Shown here: in pieces, positions 23,231 through 36,700 of the stretch | Numbering within the stretch: position 1 is the first letter of the stretch | Layout of the letters: every line of letters begins with the position of its first letter | NCBI GenBank assembly: GCA_008632985.1 | Contig: QPGO01000033.1 | Coordinates: 310,001 to 374,000, forward strand | Reading direction: 5' to 3' | Length of the DNA stretch: 64,000 nucleotides | Origin: Psammoneis japonica | Taxonomy: Eukaryota | Made by a program: the position numbers and the translations under genes | The notes under the pieces: generated by a model | The model's input: only the letters and a program-made list of their open reading frames with translations | Databases searched by the model: none | What the model was told of the DNA's origin: nothing

Positions 23231-25960
23231 TTAGGCTTCAGCGACTTGAGAAGACTCATTGATACTCGTAAAACCGAGCACATGCTGAAACAAAGCATCG
23301 ACAGAGGGTTCCATCTTGTAATCCTGCACGGCCTTCTTACCGTTGCGAAACAAACGGAGAGTTGGATAATCCATCAAAGACTGTGATAGACAGAGTTCCT
23401 CTTCCTCAGCACAGTCAACCTGACCAACAACCACGTCAAGCCCAGTAGCCGAAATCCTATCAGCAAGAGCATCCCACATTGTCAACACGCGCTGACGGCG
23501 CTCACATAATGTACACCTCGATGAATCAAAGTCAACAAAGGCGAGGTTAGCTTTCCCAACGATTTCATAGAAGTTCGACAACGTGATCTTTGTAGCGACA
23601 TTATGCCTTGGTGCGTCTTCATCATCCGGATACTCTCTTGGCTCTTCTGCTTCAATTGCCACCCTCGTGGCATCGTCGTCACTCGGGAAAGATTCCTCTT
23701 CGATACTAATGTCTCCTTCGTATTCCTCGTCACTGCTGCGCTCATCATAATCATCATCACGCGAAAAAGAAGTAAAAGAACTAGCGGGGCCATCAACAAC
23801 ATGCTCCTCTGCGACACCCTCGGCATCAACTGCACCCTCCTCCCCGTAAAAAACACGCTCGTCCATCTCGAGCTGCTTCTCGTGTCCAACAATCGCTGGC
23901 TCATCGATAATACCGCGCACATGCTGGAGCAAAGCATCGACAGTCCGTTCCATCTTGTAATCTGGCACGGCGCCCTTGCCGCGACGAAACAAACGGAGAG
24001 TTGGAAATGCCATTATAGCCTGTGAGCGACAGAGTTCCGCTTCCGCAACACAGTCAACACGGCCAATAACCACGTCAAGCCCATAAGATGCAACCCTATC
24101 TGCAAGACTATCCCACGTTGGCGCCAGGCGCTGACACCACACACACCAAGACGTCTCAAAGTCAACAAAGGCGTAGTTCGCTTTCTCGACGACTTGATTG
24201 AAATTAGACATAGTGACATTTGTAACGATACTGAACCTTGGTACGTCTTCATCATCCGGAGATTCTCTTGACTCTTCGGCTTCAAGTGCCTCCAAAGTGT
24301 CATCGTCACTCGGAAAAGATTCCTCTTCGTCACTCCTTACCACTTCATATTCCTCATCTTCGCTGTCCAGCGATTCATGCACCCTCATCTTGGGTGCCTC
24401 TTCCAGAACAAAATTTGCTCGCTCTTCTGGAAAAGGATACTTGGTAATCAGGGTATTTAGAAAGTATGGCAAAGCCAAGGTATCATGCGGGCCGCTGTAG
24501 CTAAGGATGTATTGGCCATTGTGGTAGAGCCTGACACCCGTTGAATAAACGTGGTTCTCGACACAAAGCCTCGCGTGCGTGCCACAGTGCACGGTCTCAA
24601 AGCGAACGCCAAGGTCAGTAGCAGCATACATGTTGCGCACCTCTTCCCAATTCTTGAGTGCGGTTCTTGACTTGTCGTCGTCAGGGTCTACCACGTACAA
24701 GATAAGATCGTTTCCTCTCTGTCGAAGTGGAGGACCATCCTCAATTATGCCATCATCCAGCAACTCCATAACGCCCTTCATTGCCATGTCATGTTCTCGG
24801 CTCTGCATGGCAACAATCTCTGCCAAGTAACCACCATTGTGCTGCTCTTCTTTGGGAATGTGACCAACCTGAGGTCGGCCGCGGCGGTACCACCGGAATT
24901 CGGGTGAACTCGTAATGTCCTCAATATCGCACAGCAGCCTCTCCTTTCCGCAATCAACATGCCCGACAATAATGTTGACATCCTGTAGATTTGCTGCTAA
25001 ATGGTCCCATTCGTTCGGCTTGGGCCTCGAATATGGCGAACCATGGCCGTAAAAGGTCACAAAAGTTGCAAGCTCGGAAACGACAATCTTGTGGAAGTTC
25101 AAAATGTTCATCTCGACTGACATTGATGAATGAAGAACTTGCTCGGCACTCAAGTCTTGACCTTCAGTCAGCTCGACAGCAGCGCGAGGGAGTTCTTCTT
25201 CTTTTTCTTCTTCCGTAGGAGGAAGCACAGGCTCTTGTTGTTCTGTTTTTCGAATGCCATCAGAAGTGTGTTCGCGTCCTTTCATTTGACTCTCAAGGTA
25301 CTCACCGAGAGCAGTGACTGTCCGATCTCTCCTATATTCATCAAAGGACTCACCGTCACGGTACCAACGCATGGTAGGAAAAGCTAGAATTTTTTCCTTC
25401 CTGCAAACATCCTCTAGCTTGGCACAGTCCACCTCCACAATGTTGACGCCCCTGCCCGAATACTCTCGCGCAAAAGCCTGCCAAATGGGTCTCAGCCGCT
25501 GCGACCAAACACACCAATCGGTCTGGAATGCAACAATAGAATCCGGAGAAGAAAGCTGCTGATAAAAGTCATCTTTGCTCTTCACAATATGAGCAGAGAG
25601 AGGAATATCATCCCAATTCGCCAAGCGCTTTTGCGGCACTGATGGATCTTCCCACACGGTTGTATCATCATCAAAGGAGCTCAACTCTTCTCTGTCCACA
25701 GGATGCATGGCGATAGATGAACTGTAAGTTTCATGTAGCGTAGCTACCTCAAACTTCGGTTCTTTGTAATGAACAACAAAAGCCAAGCTAACAAGATAGA
25801 CTACGGCGCTGAAACAGACGCAGACCTTTGCAATCTTTTCCCACTTGTTGTAAACTTCTCGATGCGAAACAGTTTCATCCCTACGCCTCTGCTGTTCTTC
25901 ATCATCAAGCATAACGACGAATGGGACGCCCTCGACGGCATTGAGGTCGTCCTCTACCAT
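23231..25960 (-). CDS. Multi-thioredoxin-domain PDI-like protein with N-terminal TM anchor
   Basis: 909-aa ORF with about five Trx-like repeats (WCVWS, WCVWC, RCTLC; VDC...LC....I..FPT) and acidic linkers. Confidence 0.85.
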   Translation of the reverse strand: MVEDDLNAVEGVPFVVMLDDEEQQRRRDETVSHREVYNKWEKIAKVCVCFSAVVYLVSLAFVVHYKEPKFEVATLHETYSSSIAMHPVDREELSSFDDDTTVWEDPSVPQKRLANWDDIPLSAHIVKSKDDFYQQLSSPDSIVAFQTDWCVWSQRLRPIWQAFAREYSGRGVNIVEVDCAKLEDVCRKEKILAFPTMRWYRDGESFDEYRRDRTVTALGEYLESQMKGREHTSDGIRKTEQQEPVLPPTEEEKEEELPRAAVELTEGQDLSAEQVLHSSMSVEMNILNFHKIVVSELATFVTFYGHGSPYSRPKPNEWDHLAANLQDVNIIVGHVDCGKERLLCDIEDITSSPEFRWYRRGRPQVGHIPKEEQHNGGYLAEIVAMQSREHDMAMKGVMELLDDGIIEDGPPLRQRGNDLILYVVDPDDDKSRTALKNWEEVRNMYAATDLGVRFETVHCGTHARLCVENHVYSTGVRLYHNGQYILSYSGPHDTLALPYFLNTLITKYPFPEERANFVLEEAPKMRVHESLDSEDEEYEVVRSDEEESFPSDDDTLEALEAEESRESPDDEDVPRFSIVTNVTMSNFNQVVEKANYAFVDFETSWCVWCQRLAPTWDSLADRVASYGLDVVIGRVDCVAEAELCRSQAIMAFPTLRLFRRGKGAVPDYKMERTVDALLQHVRGIIDEPAIVGHEKQLEMDERVFYGEEGAVDAEGVAEEHVVDGPASSFTSFSRDDDYDERSSDEEYEGDISIEEESFPSDDDATRVAIEAEEPREYPDDEDAPRHNVATKITLSNFYEIVGKANLAFVDFDSSRCTLCERRQRVLTMWDALADRISATGLDVVVGQVDCAEEEELCLSQSLMDYPTLRLFRNGKKAVQDYKMEPSVDALFQHVLGFTSINESSQVAEA

Positions 25961-26397
25961 GGTCTCTTTGTTCTTCCGTGCTCCTTCCGCGTTTTTGTGT
26001 CACGTTTGGTTTCGCTTTGGAGCTTGTCGCTTCACTCATCATGACACGCCGACAAAAAATCATACACGCGATAATACTGCAGTACTCGTATGTAAGATTT
26101 CGTCGCGCATAGTACTCGCCCTCAAAATTCCGAAATGTTGATTACTTTCTATTTGTGAATCTATACAATAATACCTCTCAGATTTTGATAGTGGTTTTCC
26201 CGCCACTTTTCGTTCGTCACCTCGAGCTCCATAGCTAGCTCTGCGCTTCGGTCAGAAGTTCAGGAGCGACTTGCAAGCTTAGAGAGTAAGAGGCTTCTTC
26301 TTCTAAACCATGTTTGTCTGTAGTTTAGTAAAGAAAGAGGTTTTAACATTTAAAAGAAGGACACTAGTTCACTCATTCATTCAAAATCTGCTTCTTT

Positions 26398-27360
26398 TCA
26401 CGCTTCCGCTTGTTGGTTTTCCCATCTCCCGCTAGCCTTCAGGGTAGCACCATCTAGACCTGAGGAATCCTCGAGCCAGATGTTCATTGCATACTTTTCA
26501 ATTCCGTGGTCACCAGGTGGTTCTCCCGCGTGCACCATGTCGGGATCAGCTTTACTACTGTCTGAGCTTGACCGATCAAGTGACATGACATTCTTCCATA
26601 CAATAGCGTCCCCACCTCTCGGAGCTACGCCGAGATCTAGTCTGGGGAAATATGTATGGCCACCCTTTGAAACATCGTTCAAAAATACCAAGATTGTCCA
26701 AGGTCTTTGTTCGCTGTCGTTTCCATAAAAGCTTCCGTGGTCATGATGGACGGTGTAGCGAGCGTCAGGCGTTGTATAGCGTACAATTTGAAGCGGCTCG
26801 ACGGAAAGAGGGTCCCATGATAAAAGCGATGCTGCTCGCTGAGAGATGAACCATGCTACATCAACGAGGCGAATCACAAACGCTGTCTGTTGGTCAGGAT
26901 TTGTTTGTTGTCGCATCTCTTGAAAGCGAGGGTTGTTGAGATAGGCCGCGACAGGAACAAGAGCACACGATTCGCTGCTACGAGTAGATTTCTTCTCAGT
27001 AATACCACTTCCAGCTTCAACATTTGATTCTCTGACAGGGCTACCAACAAATCGACCTTCGCAAAACGATGGTAATTCAGAAGCAATCGAAGTATTTATA
27101 AAGTTGGGCACGTAGTAGACTCTCTCATCTTCAAGGACGTAAAGGATTTCTTCCTTTCCCGAGGCGTCTTTTCCCCATTCCTGCTTCTTGAATGGAGAAT
27201 CTGGATCTTCCAGTAAAATTTCTTTTCCGTGGGATATCACCATCGGCTCTTTCCTTCTTGATGTAGCGCATTCTTGATCAGGCTGAGCACTTGATGCCGG
27301 AAGGTGAGAGCAGAAGGTCCACAAAACGTGAGCACTCAGATAGAAACTAAGGAGATTCAT
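26398..27360 (-). CDS. Prolyl 4-hydroxylase-like 2OG-Fe(II) oxygenase, secreted
   Basis: Signal peptide; EPLQIVRY, HHD, T.LVFLNDV..GG.T.FP, H.G.P and KYAMNIW motifs. Confidence 0.88.
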   Translation of the reverse strand: MNLLSFYLSAHVLWTFCSHLPASSAQPDQECATSRRKEPMVISHGKEILLEDPDSPFKKQEWGKDASGKEEILYVLEDERVYYVPNFINTSIASELPSFCEGRFVGSPVRESNVEAGSGITEKKSTRSSESCALVPVAAYLNNPRFQEMRQQTNPDQQTAFVIRLVDVAWFISQRAASLLSWDPLSVEPLQIVRYTTPDARYTVHHDHGSFYGNDSEQRPWTILVFLNDVSKGGHTYFPRLDLGVAPRGGDAIVWKNVMSLDRSSSDSSKADPDMVHAGEPPGDHGIEKYAMNIWLEDSSGLDGATLKASGRWENQQAEA

Positions 27361-27713
27361 CTTTCCTTTTCTTCAAGCCTCCGTATCTGTTCTGTTTTAG
27401 ACGTCAAAAGGTGACCGTCACCACAGAAGACGATCGATTCAACAGAGACGAATGTGATTTCAAACAACGATGCGATGTGGGAATAATGATAGACGCGTGG
27501 AAGCGAAAATGACGGATGATGAATAGGCTGTTGGGCTGTTCATTCACATTTTGGCGGCAGTTACCGTAGTTGGTTCGTTCGCTCATTAATTTTTGCTGGA
27601 TGCTTTCTCAAAACGAATAAAATCGCTAGTCCGCGGACCTTCTAAATGGATGCACTGATTGCAATCAACTACTGCATCGACTGTCAAAATATTCAAGATC
27701 TAGTGTGATGCAA

Positions 27714-30700
27714 CTATATGGCTGCCATGGTCGATTCACCTCCGTTTGCCGCAGCACTGCTATGTGCTTTGCCGCTTCTCCGGCTCTTTCCTTTATGGCC
27801 ATCGGCTTCGGTACCGCCTCTTTCAAAGGTTGCACCCTTGTCCGACGTGGAACCGCCAGTACGCCGTGGCTTTGACTTTTGACTCGATGACGCTTTGCTA
27901 CTTACACTGGGCTCTTGGCCCGTGGCATAGACGGCCTCGGATCCCGACGACATTGATTGGGATGCCGTCGAGCTTGTTGCCTGTGTCGTTATCCCTGAGG
28001 CACCGGCTGTAACCTTAACCACCGGCTCCGCCTTGTCACCACCATTAAAGCTCTCCCACGTTTCTATCTCGATCTCTAAATCATGCACAACTGCGCTAAC
28101 CTCTTTCATTGTTCTGATATCTTCTGGCATGGCCTGAAGGACTTTCATCAAGGTCAGTCGAACATTTGTCACCCGGTCGGTCTTCATCTCCAAAGCTTGC
28201 GGTAAAAGATCAGAGACCAGAATGTGTTTCAAGTGCTTCCGTTCGGCCTTTGTAAGCGCTTGGTAAGGACCACGCGTATCCGAGTGCCTCGTGGATGGTG
28301 AAGATCCGTTCAACTGAAGCATGGAATGAAACTTCTCATCAAGTGATGACACCTCACCATCCCTATCACGTGCCGCGATATCCGCGAATCGAATGGCAAG
28401 ACCTACCGCAGCGCAAATGCGACAGTACAACTGCCGCTTTCCAAAATCACTCTTTCCATTATCGTTAGCAGCACCTTCGAGAATCGTATGCTGTAGCCAG
28501 GCGATCATTTCCTTACAAATATCTGCACCACTATCCTTGCCGGAAACGTTTTCGGGACAGTGTACGTTGAGCATAAGCGGAATGCACCAAACGGCATCTT
28601 CGCGGACAAGGCTAATGCTGTCTATCAAAAGCATTTTCAGCACAGGCCACAGAAACTCTTGAACCTCCGAATACGCCACCAGGCCAATAATATCCGGCAT
28701 GCTCCGCGATACGTAATCTCTCTGCCGCCAATTGAGCAACATTGGATTTGTCGCGCTTCTCTTGAACGCACTCAAAACATCTTCACCCTTGACGCTTTGA
28801 CTCCACATGGACAAGTATTGACTTCGAGGCCCCGACGGCAGCAAATACAGCAGCCATGGAAAATTGCGAATCACATTGAGCCGAACAGAATCATCGGGAT
28901 CGCGAAAGAAACGTTCTCGAAACACCGGCATTATGTCTGAGAGGGCCAGTTCCGGGCCTAAAATGTGAGCCACCGTGTGTAAACTTGATGCGAGGCAACG
29001 CTTCACGGGGAGAGGTGGAGTTGATGAAACTTCTGCGCCGTCCTTGGTCCCATAACTAGGGTCCACAAGCGTCATGAAACAGTCTTTCAGCTTCCCGGGC
29101 CAGTTATCTGGTCCCAACAGTAGAACAACAGCAGGGAATGAGTACGCACAATATACTCTCATTTCAGCATCCGTATTATCATCTCCGGTTCTGGCTCTTG
29201 AGAGTGAAACGAACTGTCCCAATAGGTGCTTGATGACCGCTTCCAGATCCTCCTGGTCAGGTGGACATGAGTTTCTGTGGGATACGACCGCCCGAAGAGA
29301 CAGAATCGACATTCTGTTTGATTGCAGGAATTGAGGTAGCATTTGCTGCAGTTGCTCCATTTCAGACAAGTTCTGGCTGGGCTGATCAAGGGATGCAGGA
29401 GTGGGCGTAGGGGTCGACGGCGTAGCAGCTGCGGAAGAATTAAGACGACTAACCATGCTGCTAGCATGAGGGAAGAACTGGGCACCAATGCTACCAGCGG
29501 TGCTGTCGGGCGTCAAGGGCGAGTCGGGCGCCCCCGGCAAAACCGTGTGGAGAGAAACTCCTCCGTCATCAAGCGGATAAAATGAAGCAATAAAAGGACC
29601 GAGAAACTGCATCATTCCGTGGCGAACAAACTTGTTTGTATCTGACAGGTGCTGGACAGCAATAGGAAAGAGCGTCGTTCGTCGCAGTAGCTTGATCGCT
29701 TTTTTCACTTGCTCATTGTCTTGTCTCGTGGCAATGAGCATCAAACTGCGACTCATATCCACCAAACACTCTCCAGTGCTTTTTCTCACTCGATACATGT
29801 CGTCTTTGCTAAGCTTCACAAAAGCTGGAAGTAAACTTTCGCGAGCAGCTTGAAGTGTGGATCCTCCCAAGACACGGGGCAATGCCTGAGCTGCGCTTCT
29901 TCTCACCCGGAAACTTTTGTCATTTACCAAGGACAAGACTGTTGGCATTAAATACTGCATCACCAACTCTCGTGGGAGCTGACGACTTTCCGTTGCCCCA
30001 GCCAGCTCGGCAAGCAAATGGGAAGCCGTGACCCTTATTTCTTCTTGAAAATTGTCCGACGTGGGTGTCCCATTGCTTGCAACCGGCTTGTTTGCATGGT
30101 GTGCCATTCTCATTGGTATAGGAACGACAATTGAAGCAACGTCTTCTGGTCGAATCTGGAGCGCAAAGCCCGCAAGAGTTTCGGACGCGGATCGTCGTAC
30201 GTCCACGTCGGCATCCATGATAAGAGTGTTCATATGCGTGACAATCGTCGACGTGGCAATTTTGTAGCCAGCTTCATTGAAGGTCTTTGCAGTACTTGGT
30301 TTCTCTAGCAAGTCACTTACGCTCGGTTTGGGTTTGCCGGGAACCTGACCAAGCATGCACGTTATACTGAGCGGGAGCAATTGAGCGGCGAGATGTTGTC
30401 GGATAATACTCTCCGGATCAGATACAAGAGGCGTTAAAAGAGGAACGAGTGTTTGGATCGTAGCAGCCGGGCTAAGGTAGTGACGTTGAAAGGGGTGAAA
30501 AGTAAAATTGAAAAAACGTGAGCAACAGCATTATGTGCCAATTGAATTTCAGTCACGCTCGGCACCAACTCAGTACTGGGCTACGTGAAGCACCCGTAGC
30601 CAAGTCCCGGGTGATGAAAGATCGATTTCGACGCCCCAGCATGGCGGTATGTTGGGCCGCAACAAATCGATCTTATCATATCTCATGGCGATATTCATTG

Positions 30701-30952
30701 AGCATTATATATCAATACCAACAGTCCAGAACGACACATACAAATCCCCACTCACCCTACAGTCTCTGCAGTTTCAGCAAGCATTTTGACGTGCACCAGG
30801 CGTTGCAGAGCAATGCCCGATCGACAGTATCGAACCACTCGATCTAGAAGAGGCAAATCATCATCAATCGTCAGATCCTCAAATCGAAGGGCATTCGATG
30901 CGTCATCCGTACCGATAGGTATGCCTTCTGGTGGCGCTTCAGAGGCGTCCAT
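27714..30952 (-). CDS. HEAT-repeat protein phosphatase regulatory subunit (PP4R1 / PP2A-A-like); 2 exons
   Basis: Exon 1 from MDASEAP with LQRLVHV. HEAT motifs DVRRSA, SFRVRRSAA, MYRVRKS and DRVTNVR; also CAYSFPAV and LASSLH. Intron ~30755-30470. Confidence 0.8.
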
Positions 30953-31461
30953 GGTGTCTTTGTCCTTGCGGTGTGGCTTGAGAAGAGAAACGGAGCAAAA
31001 GCACGAGACCGCAAAGCTCGTGGATAAATGCGGTACTGACTGTACGTACCTATGACGTATGTAGCTCGTACAGAGGTGGTAGTACTCTAAATTCCGGGTC
31101 CTCCGGTCGTGCAATTTAAAATTCATATATACATATCTTTATACTATATGGCCTACCTTCTCCGATTCGCTCGATGGTACAGTATGGTTCGTTGATTGGA
31201 CAAACATCTCGAAGAAGACGGAACATATATCTACAGCCTTGAGACAAAAATGTTTTTATAGAGCGAATAGGGTTGTTAGGTAAAAGACATCGTAGTCGAT
31301 ATCGATTTATAGTGTGCAGTCATTTCGGAGATACCGCGAATTCGCGGCGCGACACTTCTCTTTAGCGAACACGCACGCAAATGCACTGTACCTGAGGCCA
31401 TTTCCATGCATTTTTTTGTGATTGCTCTTCTCATTCGAGCACAGGCACAGGGCGGTTTGTT

Positions 31462-33798
31462 ATGTCGGAGGAGAAGGAAGAGACTCAAATGGACGCTGTT
31501 CAGTCGGAACCGTTTTGTATTGCAAGTGACAGTGCGGTAACGAAGCATCGAGCGAACAGCGCTGTTGACAATCTTGGGGTGATTGAGAGCGGTCTCGAAG
31601 ATGGATTAATACGCCGAAGGTATCCGCGAGATCCGGATTTAGGATCTGTCGTGTCGGGGAATACCTTTAATACGCTTCGACCTGGTCGTTGTATCGTGCG
31701 GAAATGCACTGTCATGGTTGGTCGTAGCGGCAAAAAGCAGGAAAAGATACTCCTTCATCCCATGAAGATTGACTTGCCCAATTCGAGCATGACGGCAATT
31801 ATTGGGCCGGCGAATTCGGGGAAAACGCTCTTGATGCAGTTCTTAGCGGGAACTCTGGGCGCATCTGTAAAGTTCAAAGGTGGCGGTAAGTTGATGTTTC
31901 TGACGTATGGTATATCGTGCAACAAGACCCATGCTTTCAGAATCGCTCACCATAGTTACCCCATACCTCCGCGCTGGCTGGCTGTACAGTCAATCTCCCC
32001 GGAACAAAATCTTATCTTGCAGAGGAAACAAATTTAAATGGTTTCTATACGCCTCAGACATACCTTAAGCACTACGATCGTCTTACGACTGGCTTGTCTA
32101 AGGGTGGGAAGTCGCAAAAGGAAATTGATAACATTCTCAAAAGTCTCGGTATCCTGGAGGACCGACAGAATGTAGTTGTGGGCGACCTGTTTCGTCGTGG
32201 CCTTAGCAAAGGCGAACAGCGTCGGCTTGACCTTGGACTCATGGTACTTGGCGCACCCGACACGCTCTTTTGCGAGGAACCGACCGCGAACATGGATTCT
32301 GAGACCGCCTTGAGCGTGATGCAGTTCCTCAAAGGATATGCATCTCAACCTGGACGGAGGGTAATTTTGACCATTAACAAGCCCTCGAGTTTTCTTTGGA
32401 CCATGATTGACAATGTCATTCTTATTGCAGAGGGTAGGGTGATTTATGAGGGGCCACGCTTCGATATGGAATCCTTCTTTGCGTTCAATCAGTCCCCGAC
32501 ACCAAAGCGTATTTCTCAGGTTGAGCACTACTTGTCTGTCGTTAGCCGGCTGGGCAAGAAGGAGAAGGACCGTTCAGTACAGGAGTGGGCAGAGTCATTT
32601 GAGAAATGGCAACAAGAGGCTGAAGAAGATGAAGGCGATATGCTCGCTGATGACATTGAGATTTGTTTCCCTTCAATGTCAATAGCAACGGTTCACATTA
32701 GTCGGTCTGCGGTCCGAAAGTCCAAGTTTCTCAAAGAGATGGGGATTTTGTTCGAGCTCATCAAGAGGTACTGCCTCGACCTCGTTCTTAATCCTGGGAT
32801 TGTCTGGGTTCGTTTTGCCATGTACTCGATGCTTTCTCTGATGATTGGGCTGCTCTTTCTGGGGCTGGGAGACAAGACGAGCTACACTTCGATCCAGTCA
32901 AGATCATCCGTCCTCTTTTACAGCGTATCTTTCTTCATATTCATGGTAGTGGCTGTCTTGCCATTTCGCGTTCACGACAAGGCCGTTGCGGCAAAGGAGG
33001 TTTTCAACGGTTACTACCACCCCATTGAACATCACATTGCAACAACTTTGACGTCATTGATTGGCGTCTTGATACTGGCCTTCATTACGACTGTTATTAT
33101 TGTTCCAATGGCAAAGTTCAATCAACCTTTCCATTTCTTTCTCGATATGCTTCTCTCGCTTAATTGTGCCGAGGCGCTTGCGCAAATGGTTACTCTTCTC
33201 GTGACTAATTATGTCATTGGCATTGTGGCTCTTGCGGGGGTGAGTACTACATTCTTGTGTGTCGATCGTTGTGTACCGGTAGACAATAGAAGCGCTACGT
33301 CCAGTATGTTTTCTCACAATTCTATTGTTCTCGTTACGATCTCTACATTCTTTCAATGTGTTTTCTTTACATGTGTGTCGTTATCATATTCATATCGATT
33401 GCTGCCTACCCCAATTTTTTTCACTTCATGGACAGCTCTTTGGATTTTTCATGCTACTCATGGGGTTCATGCTCGTTCCAAGTGAGTTCCCCGATTGGTT
33501 GCGTTGGACATACAACATACCGTTCCATACATATACGTGGCGGTCCTTTATGTACATTGAATTCTCGGGTCCCGAGAATGTGTTTGATTCCGTGGAATTT
33601 CCAACCGGCATGGACGTGCTTCGGGCGTACGAAATTGATCAGGTGAACTATGCTCAAGACATGGCTGTCCTGATTGGTTACGGCGTTATGATTCATTTGA
33701 TTTGCATCACAATTATAATGGTGAATCACTGGAGAAACAGAAAACTGGAGTCAAACATGCAACAAGAGCATGAACCAAACAAAAGTGATGGATTGTAG
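31462..33798 (+). CDS. ABCG-family half transporter; 3 exons
   Basis: Walker A GPANSGKT, signature LSKGEQRR, Walker B variant LFCEEPT, C-terminal ABC2 membrane domain. Introns ~31886-31990 and ~33240-33435. Confidence 0.88.
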
Positions 33799-34581
33799 TG
33801 CAACAGAAGGGTTTTGATACTGCCAATCAGACACTGATGACGTACAACATGAACACAGGGCGCGGGTAAATGACATACTTATATCTACACAGTACCACCG
33901 AATCATTTGCATGGTGGTTACCAGCATGGCAAAAAGTACTTGGGCGGGAGCAAGACCTCGCCTGAGATACCATTGTCCATCAACTGCCGCAAGTCATTGC
34001 ATTGGACGTGTACGGTATGGGGGAGGTAAATATTCACCTCGTAATATCAGTTCATTTCAGAAGAAACGTTTTTCTCAATTACCGAGAGGGACCCGCGAGA
34101 TCTAAGCATACAAGTCCATGCAATTCAAATGTTCCGAAACTACAGTAAAACACTCGCCGATGTCCCGAAACTAGAGCCTACTCCCAGACTTCCTCTAGTC
34201 TAGAGACTACATCCTCTCTGTAGCTACTGTAGCTACCCCTCCTCTCCAGTCTTTTTCTCTCTAGAGCTTCTACTCTACACTCTACCGGTAGAGCAGAGTG
34301 ATAGAGAGTCCATTCCACTCCCAACTGGGAGGTCTGTAAGTGGTACAGAGAAGACAGTCCATTCCAAGAAGCGCAACGCAACGGACGGACGACGGCTAAA
34401 CTTCCGTTTGTGATGCGACCGTGCGCGCGACTGCTTTGCAGGTCGCAGTTCGCGCGCAGTGTACCGGTACTTGAGCATCAGTGGGAGCTGAGGAGCCAAT
34501 GGCGTTGGCAGCGGCATCAGTTTGAAGTCGTCTTTTCTCTTTCCAGCTATCAGTTCAGACAGATATCACCAGGAACGCAGC

Positions 34582-35610
34582 ATGGTTCGCCTCTACATTA
34601 TTCGTCATGCTGATCCAGACTATGAGACAAACAGAGGCAGGTCTACCAACTACCAACCTTACATGATGCAATGTCGTCAGCTATAACTGCTGTATGTAAC
34701 CACGAGAAATGAGATATTAATTCGCTCTCACACTTTGCGTTCTCTTTGCTTTTGAATGATCTTAGAACAAGGAGGAACAGTTACCGCTCATGGTCGGAAA
34801 GAAGCAGTAGCTCTTGGACCGCTTTTGAAAAAGGAAAAAGTAACCCACGTCTATTCTTCTCCTCTGGGACGTGCTCTCGACACAGCGAGGTTGGCAACCA
34901 AAGAGCTACCTGCAAACATTGAGATTATTGAAGAGCCGTGGACAAGGGAGCTGTCCCAATGGAGGCAACGACCAGTCGATCATGCGAATAGTGCCATGAG
35001 CAATGGCACTTCAAACGGAGTTGCCGAAAGCAACGATCCATCCATCACCTGCGGTTCGCCAGTCAAGAAGAAAAAGAAAAAGCCTCCGGCTGTCTGGGAT
35101 TATCCGGCTGGTCTGATTCGAAATGAATTAAACGACACTACGTCTGGAGTTGACGAATCCTGCCCGGGTTGGACCCATGTCTGTTTAGATCATGCCGCAC
35201 ACGCCGATTCCTATCGAGAGTTTTGCAAACTGTCGGACGAGTTTCTCTCTCGACACGGACTGATGCGAGAGAATGGCATGTACACTTATACGGGAGATGA
35301 AGACAAGCGTGCTGAAATTCGAATTGCGGTCTTTATGCATCACGGCAGTGGAGTAACGTGGCTAAGTCACTTGCTGGGTATTCCTCTGCCCTTGGCTCAT
35401 GCTGCGTTCTGGCTGGCTCCCTCATCTGTGACTACAATTCTCTTCGATGAAAACACGGGACAATACCCAACGGACGGAACCATTCGAATGGCTCCACGGG
35501 CCTTATGTGTCGGTGGAACAGAGCACCTGGCTGTAGCAGGGATAGACACGATCAATAGCAAATCCGAAGAATGGAAGCGTCCTGCAGGGATCAAGAGCAA
35601 CTTTTGGTAA
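34582..35610 (+). CDS. Histidine phosphatase / phosphoglycerate mutase family protein; 2 exons
   Basis: Exon 1 MVRLYIIRHADPDY. Exon 2 has YSSPLGRALDTA, EPWTRE and AVFMHHG. Confidence 0.85.
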
Positions 35611-36700
35611 CAAACCTCGGCTTCTAATAGGTCGCCGAGTTTCGCGCTGTGTTTGCATTGGGAGCAATGGTGCATGTCTGTCTCCATCTCTTTAGCCAGA
35701 ATCAACATATGGTTGGCAGTTGAGCTTTGTTGAGGATGAAAGGTATGTGAATGCTACTTGTTCCAGTGCAGTTGCTGTTATGGGGTTGGACAAAGACTCT
35801 GTGATTAAGAAATTTTCAAGTATTAGCTCTATCGGATCTGACGATTTGACGAGGCAAAGAAAAGATGCATGTATTATATGAGAGTCTTTTGCACCGCCCC
35901 CCGAGCAGTGTTGTATTGAACCCCTCGTGATGATGAAACAACTCCGGAACCTCTGTGACGATACTTTTTGTTGTTATTGGTTTGTATTCTCTAAAGGGGT
36001 ATCTTGCGTTCGGAGTTGTCTTTATTCCTTCATGTGCACAAGTGTATCTCACGTGATCACCTTTGCGTTCTCTCATTGCTTACTCACAGGCCTTGTGATT
36101 GCGGTTTGCAGAGGTAAGGCTACACTCGTCAAGCTGTCGTTTCTTGTTTGCTGTTGTTGAGAGGCGAATGACGAAGAAGTGTACCTTGTACATGCATCAT
36201 CACGAAGTGTCATTGACACCGTGTGTGCACATTTCCAATTGATCCTACCGACGCCTCGTTTTGTTTATGAATCATCTTTATGCTTTTGTACTTGCTACGG
36301 CTACTATTCTGCCATGGAGGCGTGTCCGTGTCTCTTGGTAGGCGCGCAAAAATGGACTAGTTTTATATTCCTCCGCCAATGGTTTAGCCAATACTACAAG
36401 TTGAGCCGAGCAACTATAGGAATCACCCCACAACGAAAATATTGACTGTCGGGGAGAGTCGAACGCTCGTGACACTCCTTCGTTACATCTGGATAACAAG
36501 CAGAAAAGCATATTTCTCACATTTTGTTTGTCGACGCCGCTCTAGGAGCTCCTGACGCGATTGTTATTCACGCTTTAGTGAGTGGGAAAAGGATCGTTGG
36601 GTGACCTCCCAGGAACTGAGGCGAGCGTTTGCCCAACGTCTTCGCTCTAAATCTAAGACTGTTCTTTGGAATGATTGCTGTTTGCAGTCCACACCGTGCT

